Source: a virus | DNA length: 64,000 nt | Virus record (IMG/VR): IMGVR_UViG_3300042389_001478 | Span: 1-64,000 of that record | Reading direction: 5' to 3' (one strand) | Shown: piece after piece, positions 13,367-23,805 of the stretch | Layout: each line of letters starts with the position of its first letter | How positions within the stretch are numbered: the first letter of the stretch is position 1 | Notes under the pieces: model-generated | Database searches by the model: none | Seen by the model: the letters and a program-made list of their open reading frames with translations, nothing else | Told to the model about the DNA's origin: nothing | Position numbers and translations under genes: made by a program

Positions 13367-15368
13367 AGATGCATGGCTAAACCTAGGAGACATATCACAA
13401 CTTGTCATTCCTAGTAATCCCATGATTCACAGATTAAAAAGGGATATAGAAAATCCTGATTTACATCTCATAAGACTTCTTCGCAACCCTAAATATTTAG
13501 GTACTACATGTAAGATTCTATTCAATATTGAACTTCATCCGATGCAGGTGGCTATATTACAAGAATTTTGGAATCGGCCATTTCCAATGTATATCGCTAG
13601 TCGCGGTTGGGGAAAATCATTCTTACTTGCTCTCTATTCTGTTCTTAAATGCACTTTTTATCCAGGAACTAAAATAGTTATTGTTGGTGCGGCTTTTAGA
13701 CAGAGTAAAATTATCTTCGAATATATGGAAACTATGTGGAGGGGAAGTCCTATCCTAAGAAGCATATTCAATGGCAACGAAGATGGCCCACGAAGAGACG
13801 TTGACCGATGTACTATTAGACTAGGAGACAGTTGGACAATAGCGGTTCCAATGGGTGACGGTTCTAAGATTAGAGGCTTACGAGCCCATATTATTATTGC
13901 GGACGAATTTGCATCAATCAGTCCAGATATCTATGAAACGGTAGTATCAGGATTCGCGGCTGTTAGCGCAAGTCCCATACAGAATGTGAAAGAACAAGCC
14001 AAGCGAAAAGCAATGACAGAGGCAGGATTATGGAATGAAGAACTATCTGCACTGAATACTAAAATGGGCAACCAAGCTATTATATCCGGTACAGCTGATT
14101 ATGACTTTAAACACTTCGCTAGTTACTGGAAACGCTATAAAGCTATTATTGAAAGCAAGGGTGATGTCAGAAAGTTAGAGGATCTTTTTAAGGGAGAAGT
14201 TCCTAGTAATTTTAATTGGAAAGATTATTCGATTATCAGAATACCCTATGAGCTTATCCCCAAAGGATTCATGGATGATAAACAAGTAGCACGAGCAAAA
14301 GCCACCATCCATACTGGTATTTATAACATGGAGTACGCCGCTTGTTTTACAGCAGATAGTGATGGTTTTTTTAGAAGAAGCTTAATAGAGAGCTGTGTAG
14401 CTAATGACTCTAGTCCGATTACAATCAACAATAAACCAATTATATTTGATCCAGTAGTTACAGGAAATACTTCTTTACAATATGTCTATGGTATCGATCC
14501 AGCGTCCGAACAAGACAACTTTAGCATTGTAGTTTTAGAAGTTCATCCGGATCACTCAAGAATAGTATATGTATGGACAACTAATCGTAGCAATTTTAAA
14601 GAAAGACAAAAAACTGGATTAGTAAAAGAATATGATTTTTATGGGTTTTGTGCTAGGAAAATTAGAAATCTTATGAAAACATTTCCTTGTGCTAGAATAG
14701 GAATGGATGCTCAGGGCGGAGGTGTTGCAATAGAAGAAGCTTTACACGATCCATCCAAACTAGAAGAAGGTGAAAATTTAATATGGCCTATCATAGATTA
14801 CAATAAAATCAAAGACACAGATTCTCAACCCGGTCTTCATCTTATCGAACTAGTTCAATTCGCTAAAGCTGATTGGACGACACAGGCCAACCACGGTCTC
14901 AGAAAAGATTTTGAAGATAAGGTTTTAGTATTTCCAAGATTTGACTCTTTAACCCTGGGCTTGGCTCTCGATAAAGAAGGCAAAGATATCCTAGGAGGAG
15001 ATCTCACTCCAATATATGATAATCTCAGTGAATGCATTCTAGAAATAGAAGAACTTAAAGATGAATTAACCACTATTGTTATGACTCAGACCAGCACAGG
15101 TTCTGGAGGAAGAGATCGATGGGATACTCCAGAAGTTAAGTTGCCAAACGGTAAAAAGGGCAGATTAAGAAAAGACCGATATAGTGCTTTAGTAATAGCC
15201 AATATGTTAGCTAGACAAATGTCTAGAACTCTTCAAGCAGTTACTTATGATATTATTGGTGGAAATGCCAGAGATACTGTTGCTCACAAGGGTAGTATGT
15301 ACAAAGGACCAGAATGGTTCACTTCTGGAGCTAATGACGATGATCTTTATACAGGAATTTATAGATAA
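13335..15368 (+). CDS. terL: terminase large subunit
   Basis: Walker A ASRGWGKS, Walker B IIIADEFA, RNase H-like GIDPA and KDRYSAL motifs. Confidence 0.93.
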   Translation: MKDNQQKKIFEDAWLNLGDISQLVIPSNPMIHRLKRDIENPDLHLIRLLRNPKYLGTTCKILFNIELHPMQVAILQEFWNRPFPMYIASRGWGKSFLLALYSVLKCTFYPGTKIVIVGAAFRQSKIIFEYMETMWRGSPILRSIFNGNEDGPRRDVDRCTIRLGDSWTIAVPMGDGSKIRGLRAHIIIADEFASISPDIYETVVSGFAAVSASPIQNVKEQAKRKAMTEAGLWNEELSALNTKMGNQAIISGTADYDFKHFASYWKRYKAIIESKGDVRKLEDLFKGEVPSNFNWKDYSIIRIPYELIPKGFMDDKQVARAKATIHTGIYNMEYAACFTADSDGFFRRSLIESCVANDSSPITINNKPIIFDPVVTGNTSLQYVYGIDPASEQDNFSIVVLEVHPDHSRIVYVWTTNRSNFKERQKTGLVKEYDFYGFCARKIRNLMKTFPCARIGMDAQGGGVAIEEALHDPSKLEEGENLIWPIIDYNKIKDTDSQPGLHLIELVQFAKADWTTQANHGLRKDFEDKVLVFPRFDSLTLGLALDKEGKDILGGDLTPIYDNLSECILEIEELKDELTTIVMTQTSTGSGGRDRWDTPEVKLPNGKKGRLRKDRYSALVIANMLARQMSRTLQAVTYDIIGGNARDTVAHKGSMYKGPEWFTSGANDDDLYTGIYR

Positions 15369-15370
15369 CA

Positions 15371-15380
15371 GTGTATAAAA
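15371..15380 (+). promoter_or_regulatory. candidate late promoter
   Basis: GTGTATAAAA 44 nt upstream of the portal ATG. Confidence 0.55.
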
Positions 15381-15423
15381 GACCAATACTATTATGGTTT
15401 AATTACAATAGAATTGAAATATT

Positions 15424-17619
15424 ATGGCTAAAAAAAGATATCCCAAAAGCGAAGCTGTTCAAAACTCTCAACCCGTTGATGAACAGGCATATGTCGCTTG
15501 GGGAGATGATTTAGACAGTAAAAAGGCCGCTTTAAAGGAATCTTCAGAATCAATGTCTGAATATTCCCTAATTCAAAAAGCCAGCGCCATGAGAAGATAT
15601 GGTCTTGACTATTCTAATCTTGATACTAATACTTCAGGAAGACCAGGACTAACAAGAAGTGATTACGACTACTTTCGTCCGGATGAAGCTGTACCTCGTG
15701 AAATCAAACTCATTCTTAGAAAAGCAGAAGATATTTATCAAAGAGTCGGTTTGGTAAAAAATGTTATTGATTTGATGGGCGACTTTGCTGCTCAGGGAAT
15801 AAGACTAGTTCATAAAAACAAAAGAATAGAAAGATTTTATAGACAGTGGTTTAAGAAGGTAAGAGGTAAAGATAGAAGCGAAAGATTTCTTAACAATTTA
15901 TATAAAACAGGAAATGTTGTAATTAATAGACAGACAGGAAAACTAAGTCTTAAAGTATCAGAAAAATTATATCAAGCAGTAGCAGCACCAGATCTTCAAA
16001 TACAGGACTTATCAGATGTGCAATTAGAAAAAAGAGAAATTCCTTGGAGATATACTTTTATAGATCCATTCTTTGTTGATATAGCAGCTGGTCCATTGGC
16101 TTCTTTTGTACAACAAAAATCCTATCAATTAATACTCCCAGCAGAACTTAGAAAGTTTGTTAATAACCCAAAGAGTGATGCAGAAAAAGCCGTAGTAGCA
16201 TCACTACCAGCTCAAATTTTAGAAGCAGCCAAGAGTAGAGTGCCATATGCACTAGATCCAGAAAAAACACTAGTATTTCATTACAAAAAAGACGATTGGC
16301 AGAGCTGGGCTTTCCCAATGGTCTATGCTATTATGGATGATATTACAGTTATAGAAAAACTTAAACTTGCTGATATGGCAGCATTAGATGGTGCTATTTC
16401 TAATATTCGTATTTTTAAACTAGGAAGTCTTGAACATAAAATTGCTCCTACAAAAGCGGCTACTGCAAAGTTAGCTCAACTATTAGGAAACAATGTTGGT
16501 GGTGGAACCATGGATTTAGTATGGGGTCCAGACATAGAACTCCTTGAATCCAAAACGAATGTTCATCAATTTTTGGGAGAAGGAAAATATGTTCCTCACC
16601 TTAATAGCGTTTATGCCGGACTAGGGATTCCTCCAACACTAACGGGAACTTTCGGGGCTTCTGGAACAACAAATAATTTTATTAGCCTTAAAACATTAAC
16701 ACAAAGACTACAGTATGGAAGAGACGTACTAGTAGAATTTTGGGAAAAAGAAATCGAATTAGTTCAAAAAGCTATGGGTTTTAGATATGGCGCTAAAATT
16801 GAATTTGATCGTATGGACTTAAGTAATGAAGATGCCGAGAAAGCATTATTAGTACAACTAGCTGACAGAAATTTAATCTCTGATGAAATTCTGCAATCTA
16901 GATTTGGATTAGATCCAGACATGGAAAAATCACGACTCAACAGAGAAAGCAGAGACAGAAAGAGTAACAGAATGGTTAAGAAATCTGGTCCTTGGTATGA
17001 TCCACAACCTGAAAATTCTTTAAAGAAAATAGCTCTACAAACTGGAACCGTTACTCCTAGTCAAGTTGGTTTAGATCTTGAGAAGAAGAAAAGCGGTGAA
17101 GTACCAGCACTCCAAATGAAGATGCCCTCTGGACCCCTTCCCCCAACGAAGTTGGCAAACGATTCGCCAGAATCTTTGCCGGGAACACCCGGACAAGGCC
17201 GCCCCAAAAACTCTAAGGATTCTGAGAAGAGAAAAACAAAAGTCTTCAAACCCCAAACCGGAGCAAAGCTATTACTATGGGCTTCGGAGGCGCAAGATAA
17301 AATTAGTCAAATTTTGAACCCACTACTACTAGACTTCTACAACAAGAAAAATCTAAGAAGCTTATCGAATGAAGAAGTCAAAGAATTAGACCTAATTAAA
17401 ACAAAAATATTATTCTCTCTTGACCCGTTTTCCCCTATTGATTCTGACAAGGTAACTAGCACTATGGCCAGTCTAGATATACTTGATAAGAACGAAATAA
17501 TATTAGCTTATAGTGTATGGTTAAAAGAGCTAAAGGCTGATTTAAATAAAGAACTAACTGTTGACGAACACAAACAGGCCAAAGCTTCATTTTATTCTAT
17601 GGTGTACTCTTCTTTATAG
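15424..17619 (+). CDS. portal protein
   Basis: 731 aa directly after TerL; helical core with low-complexity C-terminal tail containing GRP. Confidence 0.75.
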   Translation: MAKKRYPKSEAVQNSQPVDEQAYVAWGDDLDSKKAALKESSESMSEYSLIQKASAMRRYGLDYSNLDTNTSGRPGLTRSDYDYFRPDEAVPREIKLILRKAEDIYQRVGLVKNVIDLMGDFAAQGIRLVHKNKRIERFYRQWFKKVRGKDRSERFLNNLYKTGNVVINRQTGKLSLKVSEKLYQAVAAPDLQIQDLSDVQLEKREIPWRYTFIDPFFVDIAAGPLASFVQQKSYQLILPAELRKFVNNPKSDAEKAVVASLPAQILEAAKSRVPYALDPEKTLVFHYKKDDWQSWAFPMVYAIMDDITVIEKLKLADMAALDGAISNIRIFKLGSLEHKIAPTKAATAKLAQLLGNNVGGGTMDLVWGPDIELLESKTNVHQFLGEGKYVPHLNSVYAGLGIPPTLTGTFGASGTTNNFISLKTLTQRLQYGRDVLVEFWEKEIELVQKAMGFRYGAKIEFDRMDLSNEDAEKALLVQLADRNLISDEILQSRFGLDPDMEKSRLNRESRDRKSNRMVKKSGPWYDPQPENSLKKIALQTGTVTPSQVGLDLEKKKSGEVPALQMKMPSGPLPPTKLANDSPESLPGTPGQGRPKNSKDSEKRKTKVFKPQTGAKLLLWASEAQDKISQILNPLLLDFYNKKNLRSLSNEEVKELDLIKTKILFSLDPFSPIDSDKVTSTMASLDILDKNEIILAYSVWLKELKADLNKELTVDEHKQAKASFYSMVYSSL

Positions 17620-17634
17620 AAAGAGGTTTGAAAA

Positions 17635-19227
17635 ATGAAAATATTTGCCCAAGAAATAGAAGACGGACTAGAGGCTAAAATCTCCACATCTGCATCAATT
17701 TGTTATGCTTCTGTTGCTGAGCCATGCTTGACAGATGTACTAAAAAGAAAAGAGTTTAAAACTCTTGCATCTCTTAATGATTCCGACTTATACTATGTTC
17801 AGTCTATTCTAGTTAGCTCTTCTTGGAATAAAAATGACGACATATTTGATAAAGCAGAGGTGTGGTTAGCTAGAAACACACCAGAAGACAAACCTACTAA
17901 TTTAGAACACGACGAAAGTGTAATAATCGGTCATATCACTAGTAATTGGCCAATTACGGAAGATGGCTCTCTTATTAGCGAAGCTACCGATATGAACAGT
18001 CTTCCAGAAAAATATCACATTTTAACAGGTTCAGTAATTTATAGGGCTTTTAGTAGTCCAGAACTGAAAGACCGCGCAGAGAAACTAATTGCCGATATTG
18101 AGTCTGGCAATAAGTTTGTTAGCATGGAGTGCTTTTTCAAAGGCTTTGATTATGGCTTAATTAATAAGTCAACTGGAAAATATAAAACATTAGCTAGGAA
18201 TGATAGCACAGCATATCTAACAAAATATCTAAGAGCATATGGTGGTCTTGGAGAACATGAAGACTATAAGATAGGTAGAGTATTAAGAAATATTACATTT
18301 TCTGGCAAGGGATTTGTTGAAAAACCAGCTAATCCAGATAGTGTTATTTTTACAAAAGACATAGTTGATAAATTATTTACAGAAAAAAATGATGATTTAT
18401 CAATAGCAGGTGTATCTTACAATCAGTCAACCTCTAACGTGGAGAATAATATTATGAGTTCAAACACAGAAGTAGTAGAAGTCAAGCCCGAAGCCGAAGC
18501 TTCCACTGCCGAAAATTCTGCTCCAGTAGTAGTAGCAGAAGTAGCTGACCAAACAACCGAACTAGAAGCTGCCATCAGCGCTAAGGATGAATCCATCGCC
18601 GCTTTGTCTTCAGAACTAGAAACTCTTAAGAGCGAATATGAAGCTCTAGCTAAGAAGCTAAAAGAAGAAGAGAGTAAGGAAGAAGAGACAGAAGCAGCTA
18701 AAAAGAAAATGAAAGAAGACATGGAATCTAAAGATGAAGAAATGAAAAAGACCAAGAGCGAGCTCTCAGCTGCTCTAGAAGCCATTGCTGCTTATAAAAT
18801 GAAAGAAGAAGAAATGGCTATGAAAGAAGAAGAAATGGCCAAGAAAGAAAAGAAGACAAAAAGAAAAGCTGCTCTTCTTAGCTATGGCTTTGATGAAGAA
18901 ACATCAGAAGCTACATTGTCTAAGTTCGAATCTCTCAGTGACGATGCTTTTGATGCTATGACATCCCTCTTTGCTGGCAAACTTCCTCCTTGGCTCGACA
19001 AGATCAAGAAGGATGACAAAGACGAAGAGGATATGAAGAAGAAAGATAAGAATAAGGCATCATCTGAAGCTCCTGTAGATCCTTCAGTTCTTGAGACTGT
19101 AGAAGCCGAAGAAAGTGTTAATCTTAGTGTTGGCAGCGATGCTCAGTCTTCTGTTAACACAACTCGTGCAGAGTTAGTTGAATTCGTTTGTGCTAGACTA
19201 GGTAAAAAACTTAACAAGGGAGAATAA
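17635..19227 (+). CDS. prohead protease / scaffold fusion
   Basis: N-terminal domain with EHDE...IGHI and VSMEC motifs, then E/K-rich coiled-coil scaffold; lies between portal and capsid genes. Confidence 0.7.
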   Translation: MKIFAQEIEDGLEAKISTSASICYASVAEPCLTDVLKRKEFKTLASLNDSDLYYVQSILVSSSWNKNDDIFDKAEVWLARNTPEDKPTNLEHDESVIIGHITSNWPITEDGSLISEATDMNSLPEKYHILTGSVIYRAFSSPELKDRAEKLIADIESGNKFVSMECFFKGFDYGLINKSTGKYKTLARNDSTAYLTKYLRAYGGLGEHEDYKIGRVLRNITFSGKGFVEKPANPDSVIFTKDIVDKLFTEKNDDLSIAGVSYNQSTSNVENNIMSSNTEVVEVKPEAEASTAENSAPVVVAEVADQTTELEAAISAKDESIAALSSELETLKSEYEALAKKLKEEESKEEETEAAKKKMKEDMESKDEEMKKTKSELSAALEAIAAYKMKEEEMAMKEEEMAKKEKKTKRKAALLSYGFDEETSEATLSKFESLSDDAFDAMTSLFAGKLPPWLDKIKKDDKDEEDMKKKDKNKASSEAPVDPSVLETVEAEESVNLSVGSDAQSSVNTTRAELVEFVCARLGKKLNKGE

Positions 19228-19228
19228 C

Positions 19229-19678
19229 ATGGCTCTTAAAGCAGATCGTATCGAAGCATTATCAGATATCTCTTTTTTCATGAACACGGTTGCCGAAAGA
19301 GGTGGTGTGGTATCTGTTGTTACAGCTGGTTCTGGCGTATCAATGGACGACGCTAACGCTGTCGTTAGTTATGCCGCTACTGTAAGTGGATCCAAGCCAC
19401 TAGGCATCCTACTCAATGATGTTGTAAATTATGACTTAACCAGACAGCATATCAACTGGCATAAAGACGAAGTACAAGTTGGCGGCAAGGTCGCACTACT
19501 TCGTCAGGGACAAGTTACTACTAATATGGTAGCTGGTACTCCAAGTGCTGGTTCTGATGCATACGTTGGGGTAAGTGGCCTAGTTGGCACAAGCAGTACC
19601 AACAGTGTCAAGATTGGTCAGTTCTTGAGCAGTAAAGACGCTGATGGTTACGTTAAATTATCAGTAAACATAACTTGA
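19229..19678 (+). CDS. capsid decoration/cement protein
   Basis: 149 aa, Gly/Val rich with PLGILL motif, immediately upstream of the MCP. Confidence 0.6.
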   Translation: MALKADRIEALSDISFFMNTVAERGGVVSVVTAGSGVSMDDANAVVSYAATVSGSKPLGILLNDVVNYDLTRQHINWHKDEVQVGGKVALLRQGQVTTNMVAGTPSAGSDAYVGVSGLVGTSSTNSVKIGQFLSSKDADGYVKLSVNIT

Positions 19679-19705
19679 TTAAAAGCTTTAACAAGGGAGA
19701 AAAAA

Positions 19706-20716
19706 ATGTCAGGTAATACAAAAGCATTTCAGCCAACACCAGAGCTTACCGATCTACTTGTTCGTTCTGGTTCACCAAATAGAGAAGTAGCTTTAGCTGC
19801 TAACTCAGAGTTTGCAAAAGCTCTAGAGCTACCACTAAGACAAGCTCTATTAAGTGGAGATATTCTAGATGGTATTTTCGAGCCAATTCAACTTGCTCAA
19901 AGTGCCACACCAGAGTTTCCTCTTGATTTCCTAGCTCCTGGCACCGAAAAAGATTTCGTTGCCTATACAATTCCTAACCACGGACATATTCCAGAGCGTC
20001 ACGTTGAAGGCGATTACGTCATGGTTCCAACCTATGACATCGGCGCCTCAATCGACTACCTCCTAAAGTATGCTCGTGATGCTCGTTGGGACGTTGTTGG
20101 TCGTGCTATGGAAGTTCTAGAGGGCTCGTTCGTTAAGAAGATGAATGATGACGGTTGGCACACCCTACTAGCTGCTGGCGTTGATCGTAACATTGTTGTT
20201 TACGATAGTGATGCTTCAGCTGGTTTGTTTACCAAGCGTCTAGTAAGTCTCATGAAGACCGTTATGCGTCGAAATGGCGGCGGTAACAGTGCTTCAAACA
20301 ACCGTGGTATGCTAACAGACCTTTACGTTTCACCAGAGTCAATGGAAGATATCCGTAATTGGGGTATCGATCAAGTTGACGAAACAACTCGTAGAGAAAT
20401 CTATACGGCTGCTGACGGCACCCTTAATCGTGTATTCGGCGTAAACCTACACGACCTTGATGAACTTGGTGAAGGCCAAGAGTACCAGCTATTCTATAGC
20501 GACGTTCTCAGCGGCACTCTACCAGGAAGCAAGAATGAAATCGTTGTTGGTCTTGATCTTCGCAAGACAGACAGTTTCATTATGCCAGTTCGTGAGCAAG
20601 TTCAGATTTTTGAGGATGATACACTTCATCGTCAAAAGAGAGCTGGCTTCTACGGATGGGCCGAGCAGGGCTTTGCTGTTCTAGATAACCGTAGAGTACT
20701 ACTAGGCTCCCTATAA
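19706..20716 (+). CDS. major capsid protein (HK97 fold)
   Basis: 336 aa, highly expressed-type codon usage, followed by a strong terminator; C-terminal GFYGWAEQGFAV pattern. Confidence 0.85.
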   Translation: MSGNTKAFQPTPELTDLLVRSGSPNREVALAANSEFAKALELPLRQALLSGDILDGIFEPIQLAQSATPEFPLDFLAPGTEKDFVAYTIPNHGHIPERHVEGDYVMVPTYDIGASIDYLLKYARDARWDVVGRAMEVLEGSFVKKMNDDGWHTLLAAGVDRNIVVYDSDASAGLFTKRLVSLMKTVMRRNGGGNSASNNRGMLTDLYVSPESMEDIRNWGIDQVDETTRREIYTAADGTLNRVFGVNLHDLDELGEGQEYQLFYSDVLSGTLPGSKNEIVVGLDLRKTDSFIMPVREQVQIFEDDTLHRQKRAGFYGWAEQGFAVLDNRRVLLGSL

Positions 20717-20744
20717 TTAAAGCCTAATCAATAGTTTATAGAAT

Positions 20745-20773
20745 AAGGGCTGGTAGCAATACCAGTCCTTTTC
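20745..20773 (+). terminator. intrinsic terminator after MCP
   Basis: aagggctggta-GCAA-taccagtcctt stem with GNRA loop and T-run. Confidence 0.85.
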
Positions 20774-20801
20774 TATTTATATACGCTTCTTATCTAGTGT
20801 A

Positions 20802-20811
20802 GGTGTATTCC
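20802..20811 (+). promoter_or_regulatory. candidate late promoter
   Basis: GGTGTATTCC upstream of 20863. Confidence 0.4.
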
Positions 20812-20862
20812 ATAGTATAATACTATATATACTGAGCCAATTTAACCCCATGGTCCATAAAT

Positions 20863-21270
20863 ATGGCAGCATCAAAATATGATTTCTCTATAGAGCAGGG
20901 GACCTCATTTAAAATATCACTAATTTATAAGAATAGTGAAGGAAATCCTATTAATCTAACCAATTGGTGTGCTAGACTAATATGGAAGACTAATAATGGA
21001 ACCACCCAAACCTTTTCAACAGATAATCTAGACTATAGTGTGTATAAGTTCATATTAGATGAAGTTGCTGGTAAATTAACTTTACTAATTCCAGCAGATA
21101 CAACTAATAGTTTTAATTTCACTACAGCAAAATACGACTTGGAACTACAATCTCCCGACGATCTATATGATGGAGGGGGAAAATACACTACTAGATTATT
21201 ATTTGGGACTATTAATCTTGTGAAAAGAAATAGTCAATCAAGCATAGCATTGGACTGCAATCATGAGTGA
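20863..21270 (+). CDS. fibre adaptor (BppU/LtfC-like beta-sandwich), paralog 1
   Basis: YDFSIEQGTSF...INLTNWCAR...YDLELQ...LLFGTI; paralog of 37663-38106. Confidence 0.6.
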   Translation: MAASKYDFSIEQGTSFKISLIYKNSEGNPINLTNWCARLIWKTNNGTTQTFSTDNLDYSVYKFILDEVAGKLTLLIPADTTNSFNFTTAKYDLELQSPDDLYDGGGKYTTRLLFGTINLVKRNSQSSIALDCNHE

Positions 21271-21514
21271 TTTTATTGTAGAAATTATTGATCCAGCTAT
21301 TACTACCGTTACAGTAGAAACTAGCTTTTTGAATAATATAAACAATATTGATATTGAAAGATATGAAACATATGATTTGCAAATTGTAAATACTGAGAAA
21401 ATTTTAGTCAGTGACTTACCAGATAATATATCATTTGACAAAATTAAAAAGCAGGGAATTGATGGGGTTGATTATTATTTAGATCATTATGAGTTTGATT
21501 GTGGTACACCGTAA
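21263..21514 (+). CDS. small virion-associated protein
   Basis: 83 aa ending in DCGTP, like the DGGTP end of the next gene. Confidence 0.55.
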   Translation: MSDFIVEIIDPAITTVTVETSFLNNINNIDIERYETYDLQIVNTEKILVSDLPDNISFDKIKKQGIDGVDYYLDHYEFDCGTP

Positions 21515-21542
21515 TAAACACTTTTAAAAAGGGATATCAATT

Positions 21543-23741
21543 ATGCCAGCTATTACAAGAATCCAGCTTAGAAGAGGCACAGCCGCCGCAGGCGCTAGCC
21601 AATGGACAAATCAAGTTCTATATGCAGGTGAAGTTGGCTATGAAACAGATACAGGGCGTTTTAAGATTGGCGACGGATCAACAGCATGGGATTCTCTTAA
21701 GTATTCTGCTGTTGTTCCTACTGGTTTTGTTGGTAGCAGCGGAATATATGTGGGCACCTCATCTAATGGTGAAACTGTAACTATCAATGTTAGCGGTATC
21801 ACCTCCTCACAAGTAAATGATTTTAATAGTAGCGTTAGTGGACTACTACCAGTTAAAAGTCTTGTTGGTGGAACCAATATATCTGTAACTCCAGGTAGTG
21901 GTGATGGCTCTTTTATTATCTCTACTAATGGATTAGATACAAATGCTGTCAAAGATGTTGTTGGGGCCACTATTACTGGAGTTAGTGGTATTTCATTTAA
22001 TTATAATAGTACATCTAAGATTGGCACTATTAGTTTATCCGATCCTTCTATACAATCTACAGACATTACTGACTTTAATACCGCTGTTAGTGGTCTATTA
22101 GGCGTTAAGAGCTTGGTACAAGGTACCGGAGTCGGAATAGTAAATAATTCAGGTACCCAGACAATTAGTGTAACTGGTATTCCAACTTCCTTGATTACTA
22201 ATTTTGCTAGTGGCGTTAATGCCCTTATTGATAATGCTGTTAGTGCCAGTATTGTTGGTGGCAGTGGTGTTGATATTGTATATAGCAGCGGAACTAATAC
22301 TCTCACCATCAGTAGCGCTTTAACAGCAGGTAGTGGAATATCTTTAACACATAATAGTGGTAATTATGTTGTTAGTTTAAGTGATCCTACTATTCAACTA
22401 TCAGAGATTACAGATCTAACTACTAATGCTAGAAACTTTTTGTTAACACCAAGTAGCGATAATCTTGCAACTCTTGTTACTAATGAGACAGGATCGGGTT
22501 CTCTAGTATTTGCCAATAATCCAACCATGAGCGGCGTTACTGTTAATGGTGATCTTACGGTTAGTGGTAGTGGCTTAGTTGCTAGCAACATTAATGACTT
22601 CAATACTGCCGTAAGAACTAATCGTTTGGATCAGATGAGTGCTCCTACGAATTCTGTATCTTTGAATAGTAATAAGATCACTAATTTATCCGATCCTACT
22701 AGTGCTCAAGATGCTGCCACAAAAGCCTACGTCGATGCTGCACGAAGCGGATTAGACGTTAAACAAAGTGTTAGAGTTGCTACCACAGGCAATATAACGC
22801 TGTCAGGTACTCAAACCATCGACGGAGTAGCTGTTATAGCTGGTGATAGAGTATTGGTCAAAGATCAAAGTACTGCTAGCCAAAACGGTATCTATGAGGT
22901 AGCTGCTGGATCTTGGAGCAGAACATCTGATGCCGATTCTGATGCTGAGGTTACTGCTGGACTATTTACTTTCGTGTCTGAGGGTACTGCTAATGCTGAT
23001 AGTGGCTGGGTACTAACTACTAATGATGCGATAACCCTTGGAACAACGAGCCTAGTATTTGCTCAATTTTCTGGCGCTGGTCAGATTGCAGCTGGGGCAG
23101 GTTTAACAAAGAATGGTAACACTATAGACGCTGTTGGTACGGCTGGTCGTATAGTTGTTAATGCGGATAGTATTGATCTAGATACTGTAAATGTTGCTAT
23201 TAGTACTGACATGATCCCATTTGGATCAACCCAAGCTCACCGAATAATTTCTAGCTTAAGTACAGATTCTTATGGTCGAGTAACAGCAATTGATAACCAT
23301 TACATACTTAACGCTTCAACAGACTATAAGGGCATAGCCAGTTTTGATAGTGGAGACTTTAGTGTTTCTTCTGGTGCTGTTAGCATTAAGACTAGTGGTG
23401 TTGATAACTCTCAATTAGTTAATAGTTCTGTTACAATTGGTTCAACATCACTTAGTCTGGGCGGAAGTATTACCGCTGTATCAGGACTAAGTAGTGTTAG
23501 TAGCACATCATTTGTTGGTGACCTAACTGGGACTGCCAGCAATGCTACTAATATTGAAGTTGATCTTAGTACAAGCAATGTAAATAATCTTGTTTTTGTT
23601 AATGGTACTGATGGCAATCTTAAGCCAAGCGTTAATAACAACTTAAGATTCGATGCAGCTAATAATCAACTATTAGGCTCATCTAATACTACTCCAGCGA
23701 CATCTCTGAAATACTTTATGATTGATGGGGGAACACCATAG
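21543..23741 (+). CDS. fibre protein with Mtd_N-like head
   Basis: RIQLRRGT...GEVGYETDTGRFKIGDG N-terminus; DFNxxVSGLL repeats; DAATKAYVD...IDGV...GDRVLVKDQ...QNGIY module. Confidence 0.85.
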   Translation: MPAITRIQLRRGTAAAGASQWTNQVLYAGEVGYETDTGRFKIGDGSTAWDSLKYSAVVPTGFVGSSGIYVGTSSNGETVTINVSGITSSQVNDFNSSVSGLLPVKSLVGGTNISVTPGSGDGSFIISTNGLDTNAVKDVVGATITGVSGISFNYNSTSKIGTISLSDPSIQSTDITDFNTAVSGLLGVKSLVQGTGVGIVNNSGTQTISVTGIPTSLITNFASGVNALIDNAVSASIVGGSGVDIVYSSGTNTLTISSALTAGSGISLTHNSGNYVVSLSDPTIQLSEITDLTTNARNFLLTPSSDNLATLVTNETGSGSLVFANNPTMSGVTVNGDLTVSGSGLVASNINDFNTAVRTNRLDQMSAPTNSVSLNSNKITNLSDPTSAQDAATKAYVDAARSGLDVKQSVRVATTGNITLSGTQTIDGVAVIAGDRVLVKDQSTASQNGIYEVAAGSWSRTSDADSDAEVTAGLFTFVSEGTANADSGWVLTTNDAITLGTTSLVFAQFSGAGQIAAGAGLTKNGNTIDAVGTAGRIVVNADSIDLDTVNVAISTDMIPFGSTQAHRIISSLSTDSYGRVTAIDNHYILNASTDYKGIASFDSGDFSVSSGAVSIKTSGVDNSQLVNSSVTIGSTSLSLGGSITAVSGLSSVSSTSFVGDLTGTASNATNIEVDLSTSNVNNLVFVNGTDGNLKPSVNNNLRFDAANNQLLGSSNTTPATSLKYFMIDGGTP

Positions 23742-23805
23742 TATCTGCTTTCAAGCTTTTATACAATCACCATTTAACTTCTTATTTTTAAAATAGGTAT
23801 ATAAC

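Noticed and set aside
18798-18841. 21-nt tandem duplication in the scaffold region
   Set aside because: Ordinary low-complexity E/K coiled-coil expansion.
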